Origin: Promethearchaeota archaeon
GTDB taxonomy: Archaea > Asgardarchaeota > Lokiarchaeia > Sigyniarchaeales > SOKP01
Length of the DNA stretch: 64,000 bases
NCBI GenBank assembly: GCA_029838195.1
Contig: JALGVJ010000001.1
Location: forward strand, 64,001 to 128,000
Reading direction: 5' to 3'
The position numbers were made by a program, and so were the translations under genes. Of the stretch, positions 39,302 through 49,841 are shown piece after piece (positions within the stretch are counted from its first letter, which is position 1; the number at the start of each line of letters is the position of its first letter). Under the pieces are notes generated by a model that did not search any database, was not told where the DNA came from, and worked only from the letters and a program-made list of their open reading frames with translations.

Positions 39302-41362
39302 ATGAGTGAGAAATTGAAATTTAACTCTTTATTACAAGAGATTAAAGAAATTTACCTTTTGCTGACGGAAGGAGAACCTTCCCCTGATGATGAAATTGAA
39401 GCTCGGGAAAATTTTATTCGGTTCTTTAAAAATTTAAAACTGGTCACTTCCGATCCTAAACTTGAGATTTTAATTGATGAGTGTTTGGATAAACTAGAAA
39501 AATGGGACGTATTAGAATTATGGTTTGTTGAGGTGCCGGGTTTAAAAAAGTTAATTAAGCAAATTTTAGATCAAGCGGGCATTGAATTACCTGCTCAACA
39601 AGAACTCATTACCCCTACCCAAGAAAAGGTCGAATTTGAACCTATTAAAAAGGAGCGGGACGTGGACGTCGAGGAGGTTGTAGAAAAAATCACGGAACAA
39701 TTTACGTCTCAAATCAATGATTTAAAAAAAGAAATTGAACGGCTCCAACAAGAGCTAAAAAAAGGAGAAACACCCTCAGAGTCAATAAGAAGAGAATTAA
39801 AAGAGGAATTAAAAGAATTAAAAATAATGAAAAAAAGGGGAGAATCCCCCCCTATAAAAAAACCAAAATTATCTCCTCCTGAGATTAAATTACCTAGATT
39901 AAAAATTACGAAAACACCTCCTAAAATAGCTAGCGAAAAAGGAGAATCAGAAGATCTATTTTCTAAAAGATTAAAAAAAATACAAGATATTGCAGCTCCC
40001 TTTAAATTAGCCGTTTCGAAGGAGAAAAAAGGATCTCAAGAAGATATTCCAGCAGCCGAGGAAGAAAGTCAAAATTTACAACAAATCGATATGAGTTCGG
40101 AGAAGGAACAAGTGTTTCTGAAAGAGGATTCTGAAATTCAAGAACCAATAGAAAAAATGGTTCCTTCTCCTTCTCCTGCTTCTGAGGAAGTTGAAGATGC
40201 ACCTGAGGAAATAAATCCAGAAATATTAAAAACTCCGGAAAATATTAATACTAAAACCCAAGATTTATTAAATCTGGAAGAAACACTAAAGAAATTAGAA
40301 GAGTTAGAAAATTTAGATACTCTTGAATCAGAGAAAGAAGTTGGAGTTCCCGAGGCGGCACCAATAAATGAATTAGTTCAAAAATCTTCGGAAGATTTTC
40401 CTACTCTAGAGCTCAATGAGATTGAGGCTAAGGAAATACCAAGTATCTTGCCAGAACCCTCTCTCATTCCACCCCCTCCTCCAAAAACCGTTTCTCCTCC
40501 AGAAGAATTATCACCCGTGCCCCAAACTCCGTTTAAAGAAATAGAACATGAAGAAGATTTATCCCCAATTCCTAAAAAACCTCAAAAGGCAGCAATAAAC
40601 GTGGAGACTCCTCCAAGCAGAAAAATGCCAAAAATTTCGTTTGAAATTAAAGAAGAACCAATAGAGAGTAAACCATCAGAATCAACTCCATTTGTTGAGC
40701 CACGTTTTCCTAAAGAAAAAAAAATTCCTATCGTACCTGAAGTTATTGAAGAATCAATAGAAGCTTTCCAACCGGAAAAACCTCCTTTTATTCCAGAAAC
40801 AGAGACTGAAATCAAAACCGAAGAACCCGTGAAAAAAGAAGAACCATTAAGCCAACCATTTAATTTAATCGAATTAGGGAAGAAATTAGAATCAAAAACA
40901 GCTGAAAGTTCTAATTCTATTAAAACTACTAAGATTGATTTATTTGAAGCTTTTACATCGGTCGGAAAAAAACAAGTGAAAAAGAGCGAGAAAGGCACCG
41001 AATTTTTTAACCTTTCAAGGCAAAAGAAATTAGTCAAAGAAGAATCTAAAAGCGAACAAATTTCTCCTCCCCCTTTTTTTAAAGGTATTGGTGCGATCAA
41101 AAAAGAATCTCTTGAAGTTGATATAATTCCCATTAATATCGATGAGCTTCCCCGTGATAAAGATAAGTTATATCAAGAATTAATCGTTCATGAAGGCAAG
41201 AGATATAAACTCGAAAAGCTTTACAAAGAAGTGGAAGATAAACATGAAAGAGGAATGATAGATGATTTAGAATTTAAAAATGAGATCGGTCAATTGAAAA
41301 AGAAACTCAATCTTATTACCGAAATCATCAATGGAATAAGACAAGTTATATCAACATTATAA
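39302..41362 (+). CDS. Large Pro/Glu/Lys-rich protein: helical N-domain, coiled coil, disordered linker, C-terminal steadiness-box-like hairpin
   Basis: Composition and C-terminal LYQEL..RGMID..F..I..L pattern. Confidence 0.7.
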   Translation: MSEKLKFNSLLQEIKEIYLLLTEGEPSPDDEIEARENFIRFFKNLKLVTSDPKLEILIDECLDKLEKWDVLELWFVEVPGLKKLIKQILDQAGIELPAQQELITPTQEKVEFEPIKKERDVDVEEVVEKITEQFTSQINDLKKEIERLQQELKKGETPSESIRRELKEELKELKIMKKRGESPPIKKPKLSPPEIKLPRLKITKTPPKIASEKGESEDLFSKRLKKIQDIAAPFKLAVSKEKKGSQEDIPAAEEESQNLQQIDMSSEKEQVFLKEDSEIQEPIEKMVPSPSPASEEVEDAPEEINPEILKTPENINTKTQDLLNLEETLKKLEELENLDTLESEKEVGVPEAAPINELVQKSSEDFPTLELNEIEAKEIPSILPEPSLIPPPPPKTVSPPEELSPVPQTPFKEIEHEEDLSPIPKKPQKAAINVETPPSRKMPKISFEIKEEPIESKPSESTPFVEPRFPKEKKIPIVPEVIEESIEAFQPEKPPFIPETETEIKTEEPVKKEEPLSQPFNLIELGKKLESKTAESSNSIKTTKIDLFEAFTSVGKKQVKKSEKGTEFFNLSRQKKLVKEESKSEQISPPPFFKGIGAIKKESLEVDIIPINIDELPRDKDKLYQELIVHEGKRYKLEKLYKEVEDKHERGMIDDLEFKNEIGQLKKKLNLITEIINGIRQVISTL

Positions 41363-41466
41363 ATTAACTACTAACTAAGCCTTTTTTAGCTTGATATTAA
41401 ATTGAAAAACCTCGTTTTGATGTTGTATTTATTGAATTTAAAAGACTCTAAATACTATAATTATAC

Positions 41467-42234
41467 ATGCGGAAATTAAATTATGTAAAATTAATAGACG
41501 ATATTGCAAATTGGATAAGAGGGTATGTATTATCAGCAAATTGTCAAGGAATCGTCGTTGGAATTAGTGGCGGAATAGATTCCGCCGTAACATCTGCTCT
41601 TTCGGTTAAAGCTTTGGGAAATAAAAAAGTACTGGGAGTTGGATTACCTTGTGAATCAAATCCTCAAGACCTAGAAGATTCTAAATTAGTCGCTAATCAT
41701 CTTAAAATTCCATATCATGTTATAGATTTAACTCAAACTTATCAAAAATTTTTAGAAAGCTTTCCCGATGAAATTAAAAAAGAGCCCATGGCATTAGCAA
41801 ATATCAAACCACGCTTGAGAATGACTACCTTATACTATTTGGCTCAATCGCTCGGCTATTTGGTGGGAGGAACGGGAAATAAAACGGAATTATTGATTGG
41901 GTATTTTACTAAATATGGAGATGGAGGGGTGGATATAGAACCCATAGGAGATTTATATAAATGTGAAGTACGAGAAGTAGCAAGAATTTTAAACATCCCG
42001 GAAAAGATAATTACTAAACCACCCTCTGCTGGTTTATGGAAAGGTCAAACAGATGAGGGTGAAATAGGAATTACTTATGATGAATTAGATGAAATATTAT
42101 ATAAAATAGAACATGGATTCGATTTAGACGATCTTAATCAAGCAAACGTGGAAAAAGTAAAATTGCTGATGAAAAATTCTCAACATAAAAGAAATCTTCC
42201 TCCTACATTTAAAATAAAAATTGAATCTGGCTAA
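41467..42234 (+). CDS. nadE: NH3-dependent NAD+ synthetase
   Basis: GISGGIDSA, NIKPRLRM, GYFTKYGDGG, PPSAGLW. Confidence 0.97.
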   Translation: MRKLNYVKLIDDIANWIRGYVLSANCQGIVVGISGGIDSAVTSALSVKALGNKKVLGVGLPCESNPQDLEDSKLVANHLKIPYHVIDLTQTYQKFLESFPDEIKKEPMALANIKPRLRMTTLYYLAQSLGYLVGGTGNKTELLIGYFTKYGDGGVDIEPIGDLYKCEVREVARILNIPEKIITKPPSAGLWKGQTDEGEIGITYDELDEILYKIEHGFDLDDLNQANVEKVKLLMKNSQHKRNLPPTFKIKIESG

Positions 42235-42383
42235 CTTGGAGTGTGTTTCCCATACAGGATTAACATCTGAATATTGTTTAACATAAATTTCTTTTTTATC
42301 AAATATTTATATAATTAAACTATTAAAATTATATATAATCGAACATTTTTAATAAAAAAATAATTAATTCCCATATTTTTACC

Positions 42384-42800
42384 ATGAGCGAAGAATTAAA
42401 ACAGATTATCAACTCGTCTTATGATAATGGCGTTCCGATTTGGATTTATACTCAAGATTATATTTATGGGCTCGTTCCTGCCGATCCAGAAGGAAATAGA
42501 TGGACTGAATATGTTTATACCTTTCAAGAACCCGATGAGCCCCTTGAAAAAAAAGAAAGAAATGCTGGTCTTTCTTATCAATTTCTCTTCGAAGAGGTAG
42601 AAAAAGGCGTTTCATTTTACGTGAAAGATTTAAACGTCTTAAAATTAAAAGAATTCGTTAAAACTATAGAAAACAAACCTGATCCTGAAAAGTTAAAAGC
42701 TTTAATCAATGAATTGATTACTAATGCAGGTAGTTATTCTGCAAATTTGCCCATCATTAAATCTAAAGAAGAATTAAGTATTTTAATTGAAAAGCTTTAA
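42384..42800 (+). CDS. Hypothetical protein
   Basis: 138-aa ORF with own upstream TATA-like region. Confidence 0.7.
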   Translation: MSEELKQIINSSYDNGVPIWIYTQDYIYGLVPADPEGNRWTEYVYTFQEPDEPLEKKERNAGLSYQFLFEEVEKGVSFYVKDLNVLKLKEFVKTIENKPDPEKLKALINELITNAGSYSANLPIIKSKEELSILIEKL

Positions 42801-42812
42801 ACTTTTATTGTA

Positions 42813-43313
42813 TTAAATGTAAAGACCATCTCGTTGTGGAAATCGCTTGATAAATTCTTCATCGATTTTTTTTCTTATTACTTGAGGGATATTAGAATCT
42901 CTCTCACTGATAATCTTTTTTATGTAATTAGCATGATTTTGACTATATTTTTCTACTCCTGCCGCAATCACGTTTTGATCTTTATTAATAGGAACGACCA
43001 TTCCAAATAAACGTAATATGTCATCTTTAGTTAATGTTTTTCCGATTTTTTCATCAATATCTCGATCAATATTTCGTATTACTGTTCCCATGGACAATGC
43101 TGAATAGGGACTCAAAGCCTTAGATTTTAACCAATACATATTGGGCTTTTTATTAATGAACGTATCGGTATTTCCCCCTTCATCTGTACTTCCCACGACG
43201 CTCCAGCCTTTCGGGTCTTTATCATATTCCTTTTTCATCTTTTTAAAAATCGACTGGATCGGTTCTATCCCGTGATAACCCGCTTTTTCCTCTTCTTCTT
43301 CCTCTCTTCTCAT
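42813..43313 (-). CDS. Hypothetical protein
   Basis: 166-aa ORF, convergent with the previous gene. Confidence 0.7.
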   Translation of the reverse strand: MRREEEEEEKAGYHGIEPIQSIFKKMKKEYDKDPKGWSVVGSTDEGGNTDTFINKKPNMYWLKSKALSPYSALSMGTVIRNIDRDIDEKIGKTLTKDDILRLFGMVVPINKDQNVIAAGVEKYSQNHANYIKKIISERDSNIPQVIRKKIDEEFIKRFPQRDGLYI

Positions 43314-43479
43314 GGTCTCAATTATATAAAATAAATAGAACTATAAAAATTTAGAGAAATTTTTAAACAACCATGCGCTTGATTTGAATTGATTTGGTAA
43401 AAAAAGTTTTTAATAAAAATGTAATAAATTTAATCAAAAATTTCAAATATTAGAAAGGTTACATGGCATTTAATAAAAC

Positions 43480-45411
43480 ATGATAAAAAAAGAACATGAA
43501 ATTGACTTAAAAAAAATTAGTACTGCCATTCAAAATTTAATTTTTAAGCAAGATATTAGAAATATTTTTTCTTATTTGAATGAATTAGATGAGATTGAAT
43601 CAAATTTCTTGGAGAGTTATAAAAATAGGAAAAATGAGGGTGTTTTTTTTACAAATCACGAGATCTCTGAATTCTTGATAAATAGAACACTTTTGATAAT
43701 TATTAATAAATTTCTTGAAAATAAAAGATCATTACAGCCGCCTCTCCTTGAAAATTTAGACCAAGTAGAGAATTTAAATGACAAAACTAAGGTACAACTT
43801 CAAGATTTTTTACTACATCTTACCACTTGCGATCCGGCATGTGGTTCTGGAATTTTCCTTTTAAAACTTGCTGAAAGTCTCTTTAACATTATAGTGAAAT
43901 TAAATCCACGAGTTAATAGAGAGGAACTAAAAGCGAAACTGCTCTTAAATCTTCATGGATTAGACATCAATCCCTTCGCGCTAAACATGACCATTTTAAA
44001 ATTAATAAGATGGTATTATACCGGAGGAGATAAAAACAACTGCGCAAATCTTCTCTCCCCCTTAATATCTCATTTTCAAGTAGCTAATGCCATGCTAACT
44101 CCTAATTGGAGAATTTCCCTCTTTAATCAACGCTATTTTGACCTCATCACGTGTAATCCTCCTTATGGAAATATAATTAAAAATTCATTAGATAAGGAAA
44201 TCTTAAAATCTCAAAACCATTTTGTTCAAGATGTGTATTGCATTTTTCTAATGAAAGCTCTTGACTGGATCAATAATGGAATTGCCTCTTTCTTAATCCC
44301 AAAAAGTTTTCTTCTTCGCCAAAACTACATTCATTTTCGAAATCTTTTCCTTTCTCAAGCACGCCTCATTGAACTTCATGATTTAGGCTCTAAAATATTC
44401 CCCCGTGCCACTAATGAAGTACAAATCCTTATTTTTGAGAAACAAGGGGGGAAAAATAGCGATTTTAAAACGAAGATATATGATTATCCTTTAAAATTAT
44501 TAAATGTTTATTCTAATGGAGACTATGATTTCCTAAATTTTTGTTTAAATAGTGATTGTGAATTAAATTCACGTCGGAAAAAATTTCATGTTTATACGCC
44601 GCAACCGGAATGTCCTTATTGTAATTCAAAAACCGTTCCCATGAATCGTATTAGAATCAAAATGACCCCTTTTATTTCTTCAATTATCAAAAAGATTGAA
44701 ACCTTAGGCGATTTGAATTATTTAAACTTGAAAGATTTCCCCAAATTAATTCGGGGAGAAGAAGATAAGGGATTAAAAGAACTGAAAAAATATCTAAAAC
44801 AAAATACCGAATTTTCTTGTTATTTTATTGATGCGAAGCAAGATTTTTCTTATTTTCATTTAGACTTGAACAAGAGCGTGGATCTAAATAAAATCGATCC
44901 TCATTTATTAAAAGGCGATGATTTTGAATTTTATCTCCAACCTAAACTCTTGATTAAACATAATAATAGATTTCCCGAAACAATCTATACCGAACGTCCG
45001 ACATGTTTCACGTCCTCTATTTATTCTCTCTTACATGAGGATCGCAACGAATTAAAGTTCTTGTGTGCTGTTCTTAATTCCGGACTCATTCAATTTTATT
45101 GCTTGTATGGAATAAATAATCAAAAAAATACTACAATTAACTTGAATCAATACATGATACGACATTTACCCATCATTCGACCAGATCTAAATATTAAAAA
45201 TGCACTATCCTCTAATGTTTCAAGTTTGCTGGAGCTACATGATAAAACCAAGGGAAAAATAAATTCTAATATTAAAAAACTCATTCAAGAAAATGATGAT
45301 CTCATTTTTAAATTATATAATCTAACGGATGATGAAAAAAAACAAATTATTATTGCCATTACTCTTCATGTTGAATATTTCAAACAAATTTACGGGGAGA
45401 TGATCGCATGA
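43480..45411 (+). CDS. N6-adenine DNA methyltransferase (Eco57I/TaqI-like gamma class) with C-terminal TRD
   Basis: GVFFT, DPACGSG, GLDI, NPPY, LCAVLNS..LPI; Cys cluster CLNSDC..CPYC. Confidence 0.9.
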   Translation: MIKKEHEIDLKKISTAIQNLIFKQDIRNIFSYLNELDEIESNFLESYKNRKNEGVFFTNHEISEFLINRTLLIIINKFLENKRSLQPPLLENLDQVENLNDKTKVQLQDFLLHLTTCDPACGSGIFLLKLAESLFNIIVKLNPRVNREELKAKLLLNLHGLDINPFALNMTILKLIRWYYTGGDKNNCANLLSPLISHFQVANAMLTPNWRISLFNQRYFDLITCNPPYGNIIKNSLDKEILKSQNHFVQDVYCIFLMKALDWINNGIASFLIPKSFLLRQNYIHFRNLFLSQARLIELHDLGSKIFPRATNEVQILIFEKQGGKNSDFKTKIYDYPLKLLNVYSNGDYDFLNFCLNSDCELNSRRKKFHVYTPQPECPYCNSKTVPMNRIRIKMTPFISSIIKKIETLGDLNYLNLKDFPKLIRGEEDKGLKELKKYLKQNTEFSCYFIDAKQDFSYFHLDLNKSVDLNKIDPHLLKGDDFEFYLQPKLLIKHNNRFPETIYTERPTCFTSSIYSLLHEDRNELKFLCAVLNSGLIQFYCLYGINNQKNTTINLNQYMIRHLPIIRPDLNIKNALSSNVSSLLELHDKTKGKINSNIKKLIQENDDLIFKLYNLTDDEKKQIIIAITLHVEYFKQIYGEMIA

Positions 45412-45950
45412 AAGGGCCTTTATCTTGGGAACAATTAAAACAAACTGATTTTTATTCGTTTTTTAACTTGAGCGAAATAACTCAAGAAAAAGTCTCTGAA
45501 GGAAAGATTATAAAATATGTCAAACCAGGCGGATTTCAAGAACACATTAACTTGCGGTTTTGGATTAAAGAAGAAATAATAATAAAAGCGTTACTTGAGT
45601 TGGATAGGGCATGGATTGGAAATGCTAGTCATCTCAACCCATTTGCTAATGATATAACGAAGAGTTTTTTAAGCGCCTTGCTACCAGATGAGCTTCAAGA
45701 ATTTAAAATCGTCCTCGTTCAAAACATTTGGAACCTACGAGGTTCAGAAGATATTGTTATTTGCTTGGATGAAGTCGTGAGAAAATGGGAAGATGCTCAT
45801 CCCAAAATTAAAAAATTTCTTGACGTGTATCGTGGAATAACGGAATTTAATGAAAAAAACCTTGAAAATCTTACTCTTACCATGAGGAATCAAGTAAATG
45901 AAAAAGAAGGGAAAAACCTCTTTTTTACCATTATTACATGGCGATTATAG
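45408..45950 (+). CDS. Hypothetical protein translationally coupled to the MTase
   Basis: ATGA overlap, SD GGAG. Confidence 0.7.
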   Translation: MKGPLSWEQLKQTDFYSFFNLSEITQEKVSEGKIIKYVKPGGFQEHINLRFWIKEEIIIKALLELDRAWIGNASHLNPFANDITKSFLSALLPDELQEFKIVLVQNIWNLRGSEDIVICLDEVVRKWEDAHPKIKKFLDVYRGITEFNEKNLENLTLTMRNQVNEKEGKNLFFTIITWRL

Positions 45951-46048
45951 GAATATTTTCTTGTGTTCATGCTTGAACAGGTAAATTCATAAAAGAGAAT
46001 AATTTTCAAAAAGAATATGGTTAGTTATTAAAAAACGCATGAGTAAAA

Positions 46049-47092
46049 TCAATATTTACCGATTTTTTCAGTTAAGGTCTTAGCCATCCCCAAATTCCTA
46101 CAAGCCATTTCAATTGGCTCCCAAGGCCACTCACATCCCGCCGCATACATGTATTGTCCGCCTGGCTTGCCGGCTGCTATAGTTTTCGTGATTTCATCCA
46201 TCACTTCATTAATCGTATAAGTTAATGAACCTAAGATTTGTGTATTTGTATTTCCACGAATACAATGGTCTTTACCAATTTTCTCTTTAGCCATTTTTAA
46301 GTCCACTTGATAATCTAAATCAATAATATCAGCTCCCGTGCCTGAAATTAAATTTAACATGTCTCGTCCTTCCTTGTCTATTTTTGAGTTGTCTCCACAA
46401 ACATGATATAGAACAGGAACTTTTCTTTTAATGTAGGAAAATAAGTCTTGAGTGGCCTTTAAACAGCAGCGCTCGTATCTCATGGGACCTATTTGAGAGA
46501 TAGCAGAATCGCCGGCGCCGATAATATCTGCTCCCGCTTCTATTTGCATGCTCGCAAACTCTTTTTGGACGGGTAATATCCTTTCAATTAATTTTGCAAT
46601 TCTTTTATCCCAATCCGGATGTCTACACAACAATAATACATCAATTAAACCAAATAAACAGCAAATTTCAGCAAAAGGAGCTTCAATCCATCCAACGATA
46701 CATTGTTGTCCCCCTACTTTTTCGTGTAAAATCTCCACTGCTTTTACCCTATCATTCACTCTCTCGCTTTCAAGAAGATCTGGCGTTTCAATTGAGTCAA
46801 ACTCCTCAATTTTTAAATGCGTTTTCGCAATGGGAGTATTTCCTTCCCAATTTATTTCCACACCCCAAGCACTCGCTTCTCTATACGCATCCGTTGATAC
46901 GTTCACGTGGTCAATGCCAAACATTTCTGAACATTTAATTTGAGCGTTTGCGAGAATTTCGGCATTTTGACAATATTCTTGATTATAATTTACCCCGGCT
47001 AAAGAAGCTGCAAAGTGCATGATGAATGGATTGAATGGTATTTTTTCGGGAATGCCTTTAATTGCTGTTAATGTGAGTTCTAACGAATTCAT
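46049..47092 (-). CDS. URO-D/MtaA-MtbA family methylcobamide methyltransferase (MT2-like)
   Basis: EASAWG, QIEAGAD, HVCG..GCE Zn ligands (HxC..C). Confidence 0.85.
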   Translation of the reverse strand: MNSLELTLTAIKGIPEKIPFNPFIMHFAASLAGVNYNQEYCQNAEILANAQIKCSEMFGIDHVNVSTDAYREASAWGVEINWEGNTPIAKTHLKIEEFDSIETPDLLESERVNDRVKAVEILHEKVGGQQCIVGWIEAPFAEICCLFGLIDVLLLCRHPDWDKRIAKLIERILPVQKEFASMQIEAGADIIGAGDSAISQIGPMRYERCCLKATQDLFSYIKRKVPVLYHVCGDNSKIDKEGRDMLNLISGTGADIIDLDYQVDLKMAKEKIGKDHCIRGNTNTQILGSLTYTINEVMDEITKTIAAGKPGGQYMYAAGCEWPWEPIEMACRNLGMAKTLTEKIGKY

Positions 47093-47170
47093 TGTTAATT
47101 TTTTTTTTTTAGATTCTCTTTTTCTTTATCTAAAATAATGATTAATTTTTAAGGCTCAATGGGATATTTT

Positions 47171-48199
47171 TTATTCTTTTAAAATAAAATGGAAATCACA
47201 TTCAGAATCTCCTAAACCAATAAAAGTGCTGCGTTTCAATGAGATTTTAGGATTAAACTCCTCTATAGCGGGGATAAAAAACGGAATGCACATGTCTTTA
47301 CATATGAATGCCATTTTATCCCGACGTTCTGGGTTTCTTTCCATGGCTTCGATGTAAGGGCAAGATTTTAAAACCATTAAAGCTTCATTTTTTTCATTTT
47401 TAATTATTTCGTAGTCATACCCTTCAGCCTCAAAACAAAAGAACAGAATATTTAAAAGATCTTGGAGAGTCCTATCTTGGAGTGTTAAATATTTAATCAA
47501 TCGTCTAAAATTTATTTTATAGAGAAGCTGCCACACAATTATGTCTAATTTTAAAGCTCTCTCAAAACCTAATTCGTTTTCCGTCTCAATCATCCACAAT
47601 CCGTCCAAAGTGGTGAAATTTCGCTCAAAATAAAATAGCTTATCTTCCACGGTTAGGTCTTCTTTTCTCAAGAAATTCGCTTTCGAAAGAGCTTCGGTTT
47701 GTGAGCAGGGAAATCTAAACCTACAATTAGCATCGACCTTCTCCAAAAAAATCTCTCGCTCTACTTTAATGCCGTCGTTGAATTCACGGATTACTTGTTC
47801 ATAAAATGGGAGGCACATGTCCTTACAGATTAACGGGATTTTATTTTGACGTTCTGGATTTCTTTCCATTGCAGCTTTATAAGGACATGTTAAAATATCG
47901 ACAATAATTTCTTTTCTTTGATCAAATTTAATTTCATAATCCCATCCTTCCACGCTCCAACGGAAGGTAAGAATCTTGAGTAAATCGGAAAGCGTGTTAG
48001 TTTCGATCTTTAAATATCGCTTTAACCGCCGAATAATAGCTTTCATTAATTTAATCCATACTATAAGGTCAATTTTTAATGCAGTTTCCCAATCTGACTC
48101 TTTCTCCGTTTCAATCATCCATAAACCGTCGAGCGTGAAAAAACTTCTGCTTAAATAAAATAGTTTATCCTCTTTTGTAATGTTCTTAAAATCGCTCAT
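47171..48199 (-). CDS. Tandem duplicated DUF6125/V4R-like domain protein
   Basis: Two copies of DKLFY..TLDGLWMIETE..CPY..AMERNPER..ICKDMC..C.F. Confidence 0.75.
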   Translation of the reverse strand: MSDFKNITKEDKLFYLSRSFFTLDGLWMIETEKESDWETALKIDLIVWIKLMKAIIRRLKRYLKIETNTLSDLLKILTFRWSVEGWDYEIKFDQRKEIIVDILTCPYKAAMERNPERQNKIPLICKDMCLPFYEQVIREFNDGIKVEREIFLEKVDANCRFRFPCSQTEALSKANFLRKEDLTVEDKLFYFERNFTTLDGLWMIETENELGFERALKLDIIVWQLLYKINFRRLIKYLTLQDRTLQDLLNILFFCFEAEGYDYEIIKNEKNEALMVLKSCPYIEAMERNPERRDKMAFICKDMCIPFFIPAIEEFNPKISLKRSTFIGLGDSECDFHFILKE

Positions 48200-48334
48200 G
48201 TGATCGTTGGGGTAATTCTCACTTGAATTATTAAATTTGAATGAATTATAATATATAGTTTTATGGATAAAATTGAAATGGAGGATCCTTTACAATCATC
48301 AGTTTCGTGTTTGTACTCGTGTTATGAAAACTTA

Positions 48335-49091
48335 TCAAAAAACCCTAAAAATTCTTTCAGCATTTTTATAAAAAAAATTTTTTCATAAAACTCCCGTGAT
48401 AAATCCATTTCTAATAATCAGCTTGTCGAACATTCATAGTTATAAGAAATAAGATTCGATCTTGATATGCTAATAATTCTTCTTTAGACGGTTGCTTTGT
48501 TTTTCTCTCTGGAAATATATTATTTGGAATAAATATCATGGCAGTATCTAAATACAAGTTTAGATAATTTTAAAAATTTTTTATATTTAAAAGCTCCCAT
48601 GTGAACGACGATTGCGTTTATATCTGGATATTTTTCTAAAAATTTAATGAAATTTTTATATCCCACATGCCGATTGCGATAAGATGCCGTACCTGCGTGA
48701 AAACATAGCCATTTTCCTTCATCCAAAACCATATCATAAATTTTGTACATATGGGCATCGTCGGGATAGAAATTTTGAACTAATAGTTGTAATTTTAATC
48801 CGTGAAAGTTCCATTCATCAAATATTTTTTGCACATATTCTTCTTTATTCTCATCATCCGGCCACACGCATCCAAACGGAATTGCCCCATCATGAGTGCA
48901 TGCTAACTCATGAGTCCAATAATTAATATATTCAGCAACTCCTTTTTTATGGGCATAATTATACGTGGTGTATTTTTTAACATTTTTTGCTTTTAAAGTT
49001 TCAATTAATTGCAAATAGCTTCAAAAATGCTCGGAGGAAATAGATGAACATGCGTATCAATGAATTGAAAGTCAAAATTCGACCATATCAA
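48335..49091 (-). pseudogene. Degraded amidohydrolase_2 family gene
   Basis: IDTHVHLFPP, HAG..HMGA, NLYLDTAM..QDRILF and LSREFYEKIF..NAERI segments are separated by frameshifts, with deletions and a stop. Confidence 0.8.
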
Positions 49092-49276
49092 GTAAGAAAA
49101 AAAGAGCTTTCTTTTATTACTTATCCTTATGTTTGAAAAAGCAATTCAAATTAGATCTTATTAAAAATCTCTCATGCGTGCTGAATTTTGAAAGAAAATA
49201 ATTATTAGAAAAAAAGCCTTCTCATCTTTCATTGAAATGGATAAAAAATAAAAAAATTAAGAAAAAAACCTGTAAT

Positions 49277-49432
49277 TTAATCTCTTCTGGAAAGAGAACT
49301 CAATTCGGATTTTAGCAGATCTCTTATTGCAATTCTTATTACTTCTGATCGATTAGGATAAAGATTTTTATTGACAAGTTCTTCTATTCCCTCTATATAC
49401 GCTTCCGGAATGTGGCACGTAATTAACTTCAT
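49277..49432 (-). CDS. Small RHH transcription factor, CdrS/CopG-like (not in ORF track)
   Basis: MKLITCHIPEAYIEGIEELVNKNLYPNRSEVIRIAIRDLLKSELSSLSRRD*; SD GGAGG upstream. Confidence 0.88.
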   Translation of the reverse strand: MKLITCHIPEAYIEGIEELVNKNLYPNRSEVIRIAIRDLLKSELSSLSRRD

Positions 49433-49841
49433 GAATTATCTCATTCCTCCTTTTCATTTTATTGTTTACTGTTAATTCAAAAATGTGATGATTTAGATAA
49501 ATATGATTATATTATAACGATGTTACTTCCATGATGTCATTTGGAACAAAGTCCCTATTCTCTTCTTCGAATGGATTGCTTTTTATTAATAATAACATGG
49601 CTTTTGAAAAATGGTAAAAAACTAAACATCATTTTTTTCAATCATTTAAATGAAGTTCATAGCTTCCACGGGTATTGTCGTTCTTTCACTTGATGATTTT
49701 TTCACCAAGTATGACTCTTGGGGTTATCTAATAATCAATGAGAAAGATTATCACGTTTAGGAAACAAAAAACAACATAACAATAGATTTGATAAAATCGA
49801 ACATAAAAAAAAAGTAATGGGTAAAAAAAAATAATGCAATT

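Noticed and set aside
40582-41133. 183-aa antisense ORF and the other short antisense or nested ORFs in the track
   Set aside because: Shadows of well-supported genes on the opposite strand or another frame, with no motifs
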